Below are positions 18,791 through 27,478 of a DNA stretch of 64,000 nucleotides, one piece after another (positions within the stretch are counted from its first letter, which is position 1; each line of letters begins with the position of its first letter). The notes beneath the pieces were generated by a model. It made no database searches, was not told where the DNA came from, and saw only the letters and a list, made by a program, of their open reading frames with translations. This stretch comes from an uncultured Candidatus Rokubacteria bacterium (GTDB lineage Bacteria > Methylomirabilota > Methylomirabilia > Rokubacteriales > DASRDR01), in the NCBI GenBank assembly GCA_963826115.1, contig CAWGVS010000010.1, positions 480,001-544,000 of the forward strand, read 5' to 3'. Position numbers and translations under genes: made by a program.

Positions 18791-19660
18791 TCAGACGCGA
18801 GGGTCAGCGGGCGGCGCCGGCGGCGCCTCGTCCTCCGCGTGGACGTAGGCCCACCCGAACCGCCCCTTCACGCAGAGGTTGCCGCGCGTGACGTCGTGGT
18901 CGAACGGCGAGGTGACCTTGACGATGCGGTTGTCCTGGACGTGGAGCGTGAGGACGCACCCGACGCCGCAGTAGGGGCAGACGGTGTCGGTGCGCGTCTG
19001 AGCATCCTCGTTCCAGCGCGCCGCCTGGCGGAGGTCGAACTCGGCCCGCCCGACGAGCGCGCCGGTCGGGCACACCGCGATGCAGTTCCCGCAGTAGACG
19101 CAGGCCGAGTCGGGGAGCGGCGTCTCGTACTCGGTGGCGATCCGCGCGCCGAACCCGCGGCCGGCGACCGCGATCGCGAACGTGTTCTGCCACTCGAAGC
19201 CGCAGGCCTGGACGCACTTGTAGCAGAGGATGCACTTCGCGTAGTCCCGGACGTAGGCCTCGTTGTCGAGCGTTGGCGGAGCCGCCACGGTGCGCCCGCC
19301 GGCGAACCGCTCCGGATGGCCGTCGTAGCGCCGGAGGTAGGCCTGGAGGGTCGGCGCCGTCGACACGTCGACGGAGGAGGCCAGGAGCTCGAGGACCACC
19401 TTCCGGGAGTGGCGCACCCGCTCGCTGTCGGTCCGGATGCGCATGCCGGCCTCGACCCGGCGCTGGCACGCGGGGACGAGGACCCGCGCGCCCTCCAGCT
19501 CGACCACGCACACCCGGCAGGCGTTCTGCGGGATCAGCGTCTGGCCCCAGCAGAGCGTCGGGGTGTCGATGCCGAGCTGGTCGCAGGCGCCGAGGACGGT
19601 CGTCCCCGCGGGCACGCTGACCTCGCGCCCGTCGATCGTCAGCGTGATCGCGTCGGTCAT
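18791..19660 (-). CDS. Fe-S subunit equivalent to the N-terminus of FdsA/NuoG ([2Fe-2S], 2x[4Fe-4S], Mo-proximal [4Fe-4S])
   Basis: CRVC [2Fe-2S] region, CILCYKCVQAC, CVYCGNCIAVCP, CPYCGVGC...NLCVKGRFG. Confidence 0.88.
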   Translation of the reverse strand: MTDAITLTIDGREVSVPAGTTVLGACDQLGIDTPTLCWGQTLIPQNACRVCVVELEGARVLVPACQRRVEAGMRIRTDSERVRHSRKVVLELLASSVDVSTAPTLQAYLRRYDGHPERFAGGRTVAAPPTLDNEAYVRDYAKCILCYKCVQACGFEWQNTFAIAVAGRGFGARIATEYETPLPDSACVYCGNCIAVCPTGALVGRAEFDLRQAARWNEDAQTRTDTVCPYCGVGCVLTLHVQDNRIVKVTSPFDHDVTRGNLCVKGRFGWAYVHAEDEAPPAPPADPRV

Positions 19661-21405
19661 GACGTCCGGAGGTGTCGGAGCCCCGACTGGACCATGCTGG
19701 CCGCGGTCTGGCCGAGCCCGCAGATCGAGGCGTCGCGCATCGCGAGGGCGACGTCGCCGAGCAGCCCCGAGACGTCCTCGCCGTCTGCGAGCCGGGCGAG
19801 GAGCTCCACCTGGCGCTGCGTGCCGATCCGGCACGGCACGCACTGCCCGCACGACTCGTGGGCGAAGAACTCGGCGCCACGGCGGATCAGGTCGAGGATG
19901 TCGGCGGTCTCGTCCAGGACCACGATCGCGCCGGAGCCCACGGTGGCGCCACGCGAACGGAGCCCCTCGGCCGTCAGGGGCAGGTCGAGGTCCGCCGCGT
20001 CCAGCATCGTCGCTGCCGCGCCGCCGCACTGGACCGCGCGCAGCCGGCGGCCCGGGCGGACGCCGCCCGCCAGATCGAGCAGCGCGCGGAGCGTCGTTCC
20101 GGACGGGATCTCGTAGACGCCGGGCTTCGTCACGTGGCCCGACACCGAGAAGAGCTTGGTGCCGGGCGAGTCCGGGGTGCCGAGGGCTTGGAAGGCGTCC
20201 GCGCCGTCGACCAGGATCCCCGGCACGCAGGCGAGCGTCTCGACGTTGTTGATGACGGTCGGCAGGCCGAAGAGACCGTGGTGGACGGGGAAGGGGGGCT
20301 TCGAGCGCGGCTCGCCGCGCTTCCCCTCGATCGAGTTGAGGAGCGCCGTCTCCTCGCCGCAGATGTAGGCGCCGGCGCCCCGCCGGAGCTCGAACGCGAG
20401 GCGGGTGTCGCCGCCCAGCGCCTCGCCGAAGGTGTTCCGCCGCGTCACCTCCTCGATGGCCCGGGCCAGACGCTCGTGCGCGTGGCGGTACTCGCCGCGG
20501 ACGTAGATGAACACCTGCTCGGCCCCGCACGTGTAGGCGGCGATCGCCGCGCCCTCGAGGACGGCATAGGGGTCCCACTCGAGGAGGATCCGGTCCTTGA
20601 AGGTGCCGGTCTCCGACTCGTCCGCGTTGACGACCACGTAGCGGGGCCGGGCGGGATGCCGGGCGACGGCCTCCCACTTCGTCGCGGCCGGGAAGGCCGC
20701 GCCGCCACGCCCCGACAGCCGGCTGGCCTTGAGCGCGGCCAGGACGCCGGCCGGCCCGAGCCGGCGCGCCACGCGGAGGCCCGCCAGGCCGCCGTGGGCC
20801 GCGTAGGCGTCGAGATCCCGCGCGTCCACGCCCGCGAGGACCCGTCGGAGCAGAGGCGCCGGCCCTGACGCGGCGACGTGCGGCCGCGGGGGCTCGCCGG
20901 CCGGCGGCGGGCCGTTCAGCCGGCGGCGCGCGGCGACGGCGCCCGCGAGAGATTCCGCCACGACCCCCGGATCGGTGGCGCGCACCGCGCGGCCGTCGAC
21001 CAGCGCGGCCGGCGCGAAGTCGCAGAGTCCGAGGCAGGGGCTCGGCTCCCAGACCGCGTCGTTCCGCGAGGAGCCCGGCGCGCCGAGGCGGCGGCGCAGC
21101 GCGGCGATGCCCTCGACGGCGCCCGCGAGGCGGCACGGCACGTCGTCGCAGACGTAGGCGACGGTCGGCGGCCTCGGCGTGGTGGAGAACATCGCGTAGA
21201 AGCTCGCCACGCCGAACGCGACGGCGGGCGCCACCTCGATCCGCCTGGTGACCTCGTCGAGCCCCGGGCGCGAGATCCAGCCGACGTGGTCGTTGAGCGC
21301 GTGGAGCGCCGGCAGGAGCTGGTCGGGGGGCGCGCCTTCCGGGACGTCCGCGAGCGCCGCCAGCTCGGCCGGGCTCGGCGGCCCTCCACCCCGGTAGGCG
21401 TCCAT
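19657..21405 (-). CDS. NuoE-NuoF (FdsG-FdsB-like) fusion diaphorase subunit
   Basis: CDDVPC/CLGLC [2Fe-2S], GRGGAAFP, NADESE, GAGAYICGEETAL, ESCGQCVPCRIG...CGLG. Confidence 0.9.
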   Translation of the reverse strand: MDAYRGGGPPSPAELAALADVPEGAPPDQLLPALHALNDHVGWISRPGLDEVTRRIEVAPAVAFGVASFYAMFSTTPRPPTVAYVCDDVPCRLAGAVEGIAALRRRLGAPGSSRNDAVWEPSPCLGLCDFAPAALVDGRAVRATDPGVVAESLAGAVAARRRLNGPPPAGEPPRPHVAASGPAPLLRRVLAGVDARDLDAYAAHGGLAGLRVARRLGPAGVLAALKASRLSGRGGAAFPAATKWEAVARHPARPRYVVVNADESETGTFKDRILLEWDPYAVLEGAAIAAYTCGAEQVFIYVRGEYRHAHERLARAIEEVTRRNTFGEALGGDTRLAFELRRGAGAYICGEETALLNSIEGKRGEPRSKPPFPVHHGLFGLPTVINNVETLACVPGILVDGADAFQALGTPDSPGTKLFSVSGHVTKPGVYEIPSGTTLRALLDLAGGVRPGRRLRAVQCGGAAATMLDAADLDLPLTAEGLRSRGATVGSGAIVVLDETADILDLIRRGAEFFAHESCGQCVPCRIGTQRQVELLARLADGEDVSGLLGDVALAMRDASICGLGQTAASMVQSGLRHLRTS

Positions 21406-21418
21406 CAGTGGGTGAGGC

Positions 21419-23344
21419 TCAACGGGCGGAGGCCGTCGCGACCTTCTCGACGCGCACCGCCGAGGCCTTGAACTCCGCGGTGCCCGAGAGCGGGTCCACC
21501 GCGTTGATCGTCAGGTGGTTCGTCGCGATCTGCTCGGGGAAGTGGAACGTCATGAACGCGAGCCCCGCCCGCACGCCGTCGTCGGTGCGGACGCCCACCT
21601 CGACCTGGCCGCGGCGCGAGCGCACCCTCACGCGCTCGCCGTCGACCAGGCCCATCGCCGCCATGTCATCGGCGCTCAGGAGGAGAGCCTCCTCCGAGCG
21701 GAGCGGGGTGGAGTAGCGGTTCGACTGCTCGCCCGTGTTGAAGGAGTCGAGCCGCCGCCCGGTCGTCAGCAGCAGCGGGTACTCGGCGTCCACCACGTCG
21801 ACCGGCGGATCGTGGACGACGGCCTTGAAGGGCGCCCGCTCGCCCTCGCACGGCGTCTTCCAGAGACGCGCGTGGAGAAACTGCTCGCCGGGATGGCTCT
21901 CGTCCCAGCACGGCCACCGGAGCCCGCTGCCGGTCTCGAGGCGCTCGTAGGTCATCCCGCGGTGGATCGGGGAGAGGGCCCGCAGCTCGTCCCAGATCTC
22001 CCGCGCCGTCTGGGGCTGCCACCAGGCCGCGCCGAGGCGGCGCGCGACGTCCTGCACGACCTCGAGGTCGTCGCGGGCTCCCGGCGGCGGCTCGAGCGCC
22101 TTGCGGCAGCGCTGGACGCGGCGGTCGCTCGCCGTGACCGTGCCCTCGGTCTCGCACCAGCCCGCCGCCGCCGGCAGGACGACGTGCGCCAGCTGCGCCG
22201 TCCGCGTGAGGAACAGGTCCTCGACGACCAGGCAGTCGAGCCGGCCGAGCGCCTTCTCCACGTGGTGGGTGTCCGCGTCCGAGATCGCCGGGTTCTCCCC
22301 GATGACATAGAGGGCGTGGAGCGTGCCCTCGCCGGCGGCGTCGAGCATCTCCGTCACGTTCATGCCGCGCGACGACGGGAGGCGCACGCCCCAGCGCGCC
22401 TCGAACGGCCGCCGCTTCTCGGGGTCGAAGACATCCTGGAAGCCGGGCAGGCGGAGCGGCACCGCGCCCATGTCGCCGCCGCCCTGGACGTTGTTCTGGC
22501 CCCGCAGCGGATTGAGCCCCGAGCCCAGCCGGCCGACGTGGCCGGTGAGGAGGGCCAGGTTGATGAGCGCGTGGACGTTGTCGACCGCGTTGTGGTGCTC
22601 GGTGATCCCGAGCGTCCAGCAGATGATGGCGCGGTCGGCCGTCGCGTAGCGCCGGGCGACCCGCCGGATCTGCTCCGCGGGGACGCCGGTCTCGCGCTCC
22701 GCCCACTCCGGCGTGGTGACGTCCACCGACGCCCGGAACTCCGCGTAGCCGCGCGTGCCGTTCTGGACGAACCACGCGTGCTGGAGGCCCTCCGCGATGA
22801 TGACGTGCGCCATGGCGTTGGCGAGCGCGATGTCGGAGCCGACGCGGAGGGCGAGGTGCTCCTGGGCCCAGCGGGCGCTCGGGGTCCGGCGAGGGTCGAC
22901 GACCACCAGGTGAGCGCCGTTCCGCTGGCCCTTGAGCATGTGCTGGAACATGATCGGATGCGTCTCGCGGGCGTTCGAGCCCCACAGGACGAGCACGTCC
23001 GTCTGCTCCAGCTCCTCGTAGGACGAGGTGCCGCCGCCGGCACCGAACACGGCCGCCAGACCGGCGACCGAGGGGGCGTGTCAGGTCCGGTTACAGCTGT
23101 CGATGTTGTTCGTGCCGATCACGCCGCGCATGAACTTCTGCGCGGCGTAGTTCAGCTCGTTGGTGGTCTTCGAGCACGCGAACATGCCGACGGCGTCCGG
23201 CCCGTGGGCGGTCTTGGCGCGGGCGAGCCCGCGGGCCACGGCGTCGAGGGCGACGTCCCAGGTCGTCGGCCGGAGCGCGCCGTCGACGCGGATCAGGGGG
23301 GTGGTAAGACGGCCACGAAGCCCGGTCGACGCGTGCGTCGCCAT
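21419..23344 (-). CDS. Selenocysteine-containing formate dehydrogenase catalytic (Mo/W-bisPGD) subunit; Sec UGA at 23083-23081
   Basis: The two ORF-track ORFs are in one frame: NIDSCNRT-UGA-HAPSVAGL. PLRGQNNVQG catalytic Arg, AAGGAG RBS before ATG 23344, SECIS-like hairpin. Confidence 0.92.
23048..23083 (-). promoter_or_regulatory. Bacterial SECIS element
   Basis: UGA, 11 nt, then GGUCGCC-GGUCU-GGCGGCC hairpin (23069-23051); layout and GGUCU loop region match the E. coli fdhF SECIS. Confidence 0.85.
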
Positions 23345-23732
23345 CAGACTCTCCTTGCCCTCGGGGGGCCGCCGCCCGCCCCCTGGTGAATCGACGTCCT
23401 CGCGAGCCTCTCGCACCTGGTGGCGCGGGGCTCGACCGGGTCCACCGGCCGGATTCGGCGAGCGCCTGGCGGTGGATCGTCGGCGCTCCCGGCCGGCCGG
23501 AGACGCCGCATGACATGTTACCAGGAGCGGCATGCCACGACCCAGATGGCTGAGAAGGAGACATTCGCTCCTGCGTGACCCCCGGCCGCCGGCGGACGTT
23601 CTGCACCTACGACGCGGCTACCCCCGGGGCGGTCCGCCGCGCGGCCGACCGCAACAAGCTGGCCGTGGACCGGACCACCGAGGTCCGCGCGCTCGACCCC
23701 TACTTCTATCGCTGAGGGCAGGGAGGACAGCC

Positions 23733-23950
23733 ATGACGAACGGCCTTCGCGGATCGATCGTGCTGGCGGCCGCCGTGTCCCTCGCGGCGTGCTCGTCGGC
23801 CACCACGACCCACAGCGTCTCGAGGACGCCGCTCGCCCAGGAGGCGCGCCGCGCCACCGAGCGCTACCAGGACGTCGCCGCGGCGACGTCCCGGCCGGCT
23901 ACGCCCTGTTCCTCGGCCGCGTCAGCAGTCCGCAGGGCGGCGCCACCCAT
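23733..23950 (+). pseudogene. Frameshifted, truncated lipoprotein remnant
   Basis: GGAGG-ATG, lipobox LAAC, ARRATERYQDVAAAT continues in another frame as AGYALFLGRVSSPQGGA, then degenerates. Confidence 0.55.
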
Positions 23951-24207
23951 CAGGAGGCCTCTGAGCCCGGGCCGCTGGGGCCGCGATGTCCCAGCGGGGT
24001 CTCCCTGCCTCAGCGCGCCCCGTTCGGGCATCGCCCCGCTCGGGCTCTAGCGTCGCGAAGCCTTCGAATCCATTGGCCATCGGCCTGCTAGGCCCCAGCA
24101 CGCGGCGAGGAATGCGGCTTGCACCACCCAGGCTGGCGGTGACCCACCGATGACGTGCAGGCCCGAAGATCCCCGGCCCGGGGGGGACTGGCAAGAGGAG
24201 GGAGCGC

Positions 24208-25272
24208 ATGCGAAGCGGGTTGGCGGCAACAGGCCGGACGGGTGTGCTGGTGGTCTTGGTGCTCGCACTGTCGGCCATGCCGGCCTTGGCGCAGAAGGGG
24301 CTGGTGAGCGTCAAGACCGATCAAGCTCCAGCGATTGACGGGGCGATCGAGGCCGCGTGGGAGAAGGCTCCTGCCTACAAGATCACGCTCGACCAGACTC
24401 CGTACAAGCCGGAGGGCTTTAAGGGACTCACGAAGACCACCGTCACCATGAAGTCGATGTACGACAAGGACAACATCTACGTCCTGCTGCAGTGGGACGA
24501 TCCGACCCGGAGCATCGAGCGGGAGCCCTGGGTCAAGCAGGCCGACGGCAAGTGGAAGCAGCTTCACGCGCCCGACCAGACGGGTCACGACAACACCTAC
24601 TACGAGGACAAGCTCGCCATCCTCTGGAATATCAACGCCACGGGCTTCGACAAGAAGGGGTGCGACGTTGCCTGCCACAAGGCGCGTGGCGGCAAGGTCG
24701 CGGGCATCGAGGACAAGTCTCCGGGCCGCAAGTTCACGGACAAGCCGGGCGAGACCATTGACATGTGGCACTGGAAGGGCGTCCGGACCGGCCCCGTCGG
24801 GCAGGTCGACGACCAGTACATCGACGACACTAAGGACCCGAAGAAGAACGACGACTGGGGTCGGAAGGGCGACGCGAAGACGGGCGGCGGCTACTCCAAC
24901 AACGTCAACAAGGACAAGACCGGCCCCGCCTGGATGAACAAGACCCCGTCCGAGGAGAACAAGTACTGGGTCCTCGACAGCGACAAGACGGAGTTCGTCG
25001 ACACCTTCAAGCCGGGAGACGTCGTGGGTGGCATCGTGATCGCCCCCTTCACGGGCTCGCGTGGCGACCTCGAGGCCAGGGCCGTGTGGAAGAACGCGAT
25101 GTGGACGCTCGAGATCAAGCGCAAGCTCGTCACCACGGGCGACAAGGCCAAGGAGCAGGACGTCCAGTTCGATGATCTCAAGAAGACCTACTTCTTCGGG
25201 GTGTCGGTGTTCGACAACACCCAGATCAATCACATGTATCACGAAGGGGTACACCGGCTGACCTTTAAGTAG
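24208..25272 (+). CDS. Exported EB_dh/DOMON-like heme-binding protein with CX3CH motif
   Basis: Signal peptide, APAIDG, IYVLLQWDD, YEDKLAILW, GCDVACH, DMWHWK, WTLEIKRKL. Confidence 0.82.
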   Translation: MRSGLAATGRTGVLVVLVLALSAMPALAQKGLVSVKTDQAPAIDGAIEAAWEKAPAYKITLDQTPYKPEGFKGLTKTTVTMKSMYDKDNIYVLLQWDDPTRSIEREPWVKQADGKWKQLHAPDQTGHDNTYYEDKLAILWNINATGFDKKGCDVACHKARGGKVAGIEDKSPGRKFTDKPGETIDMWHWKGVRTGPVGQVDDQYIDDTKDPKKNDDWGRKGDAKTGGGYSNNVNKDKTGPAWMNKTPSEENKYWVLDSDKTEFVDTFKPGDVVGGIVIAPFTGSRGDLEARAVWKNAMWTLEIKRKLVTTGDKAKEQDVQFDDLKKTYFFGVSVFDNTQINHMYHEGVHRLTFK

Positions 25273-25286
25273 CCGGCGCGCTGGCC

Positions 25287-25326
25287 GTCGGGCCTCTCCC
25301 GTCGAGGTGAGCGGGAGGGGCCCGAC
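25287..25326 (+). other. Intra-operon 15-bp hairpin
   Basis: GTCGGGCCTCTCCCG-10 nt-CGGGAGGGGCCCGAC (one G:U pair); no U-tract. Confidence 0.65.
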
Positions 25327-25377
25327 TCGCCCCATTCACTTCATGCTGGCTGAACCCCCGAGCAAGGAGACGGCGCG

Positions 25378-26259
25378 ATGAAGGTCAGCTCGCGGCACCG
25401 GCGATCGGCGGCACGGTGGCTGGTCGTCGCCGCCTTCGTGGTCCTCGGGGCGCCCGGCTCGCGGGCGCCGCTGCTGCCGGCCTCCTCGGTGACGGATGCG
25501 CAGGCGCAGACGGCTCCCGAGGGCAAGGCGCCCGAGAAGCCGGACGCCAAGGCCGAGGGGACGAAGGCCGAGCCGGCGAAGAGCGACAAGCCCAAGCCTC
25601 AGACCGCCAAGGAGGCCGACGAGGCCCTGGCGAAGCTCATGACGGAGCGAAGGCCCATCCGTGCCGCGACCGCACGGGGTCAGACAGCCGACGAGGCGCC
25701 GAATTTCAAGGTCGTCCCTCGTGTCGACCGGATCCGCAATTACCCCTGCACGAAGTGCCACGACAATCAGTTCGTGGACCGCCGGGTCCGGGAGCTTCAG
25801 GACGAGCACACGAAGCTCGTCTTCGAGCACGGCGGCGGGCGCTTCTGGTGCTACGACGCCTGCCACAAGGGCACCGACATGGACAACCTGGTCTCGCTCC
25901 GCGGCCGGCGGGTCAGCTACGACGAGTCCTACAAGGTGTGCGGCCAATGTCACTTCCAGCGTTTGGACTGGTACTTCGGCGGACACGGAAAGCGTCAGGG
26001 CGCCTGGGAGAACCAGCGCGAGATCCCGAGGGTCGCTGACGAACTGAAGGTCGAGGACCGCAGCCAGATCGGCAGGTGGGGAGGCGAGCGGGTCATCCTC
26101 AATTGCACGGAGTGCCACGACGCCCACTCGCCCTCGATCAAGCCGTTCGAGCCGAGCCCGCCACCCAAGGTCCGCTCCGGGCTGCGTCAGCCTGCGGTCA
26201 AATCCGAGCCGGAGCCGAAGATCTGGGAGCGCCTGGCCGAGCCCAGAGGGAAGCGCTGA
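25378..26259 (+). CDS. Exported multiheme cytochrome c (about 4 hemes)
   Basis: CTKCH, CYDACH, CGQCH, CTECH; AAGGAG RBS; signal-like N-terminus. Confidence 0.85.
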   Translation: MKVSSRHRRSAARWLVVAAFVVLGAPGSRAPLLPASSVTDAQAQTAPEGKAPEKPDAKAEGTKAEPAKSDKPKPQTAKEADEALAKLMTERRPIRAATARGQTADEAPNFKVVPRVDRIRNYPCTKCHDNQFVDRRVRELQDEHTKLVFEHGGGRFWCYDACHKGTDMDNLVSLRGRRVSYDESYKVCGQCHFQRLDWYFGGHGKRQGAWENQREIPRVADELKVEDRSQIGRWGGERVILNCTECHDAHSPSIKPFEPSPPPKVRSGLRQPAVKSEPEPKIWERLAEPRGKR

Positions 26260-26513
26260 TGCCCAAGCCGCGGACGGCACCCGGTGACGCCCCCAACGTC
26301 AGTCGGCGGGACTTTTTGACGAAACGACTGACCGGTGGGATTGCCGGACTGCTCGGCGGGGGGGCGGCGGCCGCCGCCCCGCCGCTCCCGACCGTGGAGG
26401 CCGGGCGGCCCGCCCCCGCCGGCTCTTTCTCCCCGCGAGACCTCACGCCGATGACGCGTGACGAGGTGAAGGCGGCGCTTGCCCGCATCCGGGTCCAGAG
26501 AAAGGAACGCTGA
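26259..26513 (+). CDS. Small twin-arginine (Tat) motif protein, 84 aa
   Basis: TGATG overlaps at both ends; SRRDFL followed by a Gly/Ala hydrophobic stretch. Confidence 0.65.
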   Translation: MPKPRTAPGDAPNVSRRDFLTKRLTGGIAGLLGGGAAAAAPPLPTVEAGRPAPAGSFSPRDLTPMTRDEVKAALARIRVQRKER

Positions 26514-27472
26514 TGGCGCCGAACTCCCGGACGACAGCCGACGGTCTGGCGCTGACGCGTCGTGTGCTGCTGAAGCTCGCCGGTCTTCTGGCGGCCGGCA
26601 CCGCGCTCCTGGGCGGCCGCCGGGCCATCGCCCAGGCCGCCCAGGCGGCGGGGGCGGGGGCCGAATCACTCGCCGACACCTGGGGCGCCCTCTTCCAGCA
26701 GCAGTACACGAGGATGAGCCCGGAGGAGGTCAAGGCCGCCATCGGCCGCATCGAGCGCCGGGCGAAACGGCAGTACGGGGTCGATATCAGCGTCGGGACC
26801 GAGCCGCCCATGGACGGCGTCGTCTTCGGCTACGCCCTGAACATCTCCAAGTGCAAGGGTGTCAGGAAGTGCGTGGAGGCCTGCGTCGCCGAGAACAACC
26901 AGAGCCGGGATCCTCAAATCCAATACATCCGGGTCCTGGAAATGGACCACGGAGACATGAACCTGAACCGGGCCAACCAGTACTACGACGCTGAGACCGT
27001 GCCGCGGCCGGGCAAGTTCTACCTGCCCGTCCAGTGCATGCAGTGCGACAATCCTCCGTGCGTCAAGGCCTGCCCGGTCGAGGCCACGTGGCAAGAACGG
27101 GACGGGATCACGGTGGTCGACTACGACTGGTGCATCGGCTGCCGGTACTGCATGACGGCGTGCCCCTACTGGGCCCGCCACTTCAACTGGAGCGAGCCGA
27201 CCATCCCGCCGGCGTCGCTCAATACCGACACCCACTACCTCGGCAACCGGCCGCGCCCGAAGGGCGTCGTCGAGAAGTGCACCTTCTGCATCCAGCGCAC
27301 GCGCAAGGGCCGCCAGCCGGCCTGCGTGGAAGCGTGTCCGACCGGCGCGCGGATCTTCGGCAACCTGCTCGACCCCGCGAGTGACGTCCGCTACGTGCTC
27401 GAGAACAAGACCGTCTTTCGGCTGAAGGAAGAGCTCGGCACCGAACCCAAGTTCTGGTACTTCACGGACTGA
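26513..27472 (+). CDS. NrfC/DsrO-like 4Fe-4S dicluster protein, Tat-exported
   Basis: TRRVLLK signal; CKGVRKCVEAC, CMQCDNPPCVKACP, CIGCRYCMTACP, KCTFC...ACVEACP. Confidence 0.9.
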   Translation: MAPNSRTTADGLALTRRVLLKLAGLLAAGTALLGGRRAIAQAAQAAGAGAESLADTWGALFQQQYTRMSPEEVKAAIGRIERRAKRQYGVDISVGTEPPMDGVVFGYALNISKCKGVRKCVEACVAENNQSRDPQIQYIRVLEMDHGDMNLNRANQYYDAETVPRPGKFYLPVQCMQCDNPPCVKACPVEATWQERDGITVVDYDWCIGCRYCMTACPYWARHFNWSEPTIPPASLNTDTHYLGNRPRPKGVVEKCTFCIQRTRKGRQPACVEACPTGARIFGNLLDPASDVRYVLENKTVFRLKEELGTEPKFWYFTD

Positions 27473-27478
27473 CTGACC

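Noticed and set aside
19657-21405. Respiratory complex I nuoEF
   Set aside because: Lies within the FDH operon with no other nuo genes; it is the diaphorase module.
23081-23083. FDH as a nonsense pseudogene or two genes
   Set aside because: The UGA falls at the metal-ligand position and is followed by a SECIS-like hairpin.
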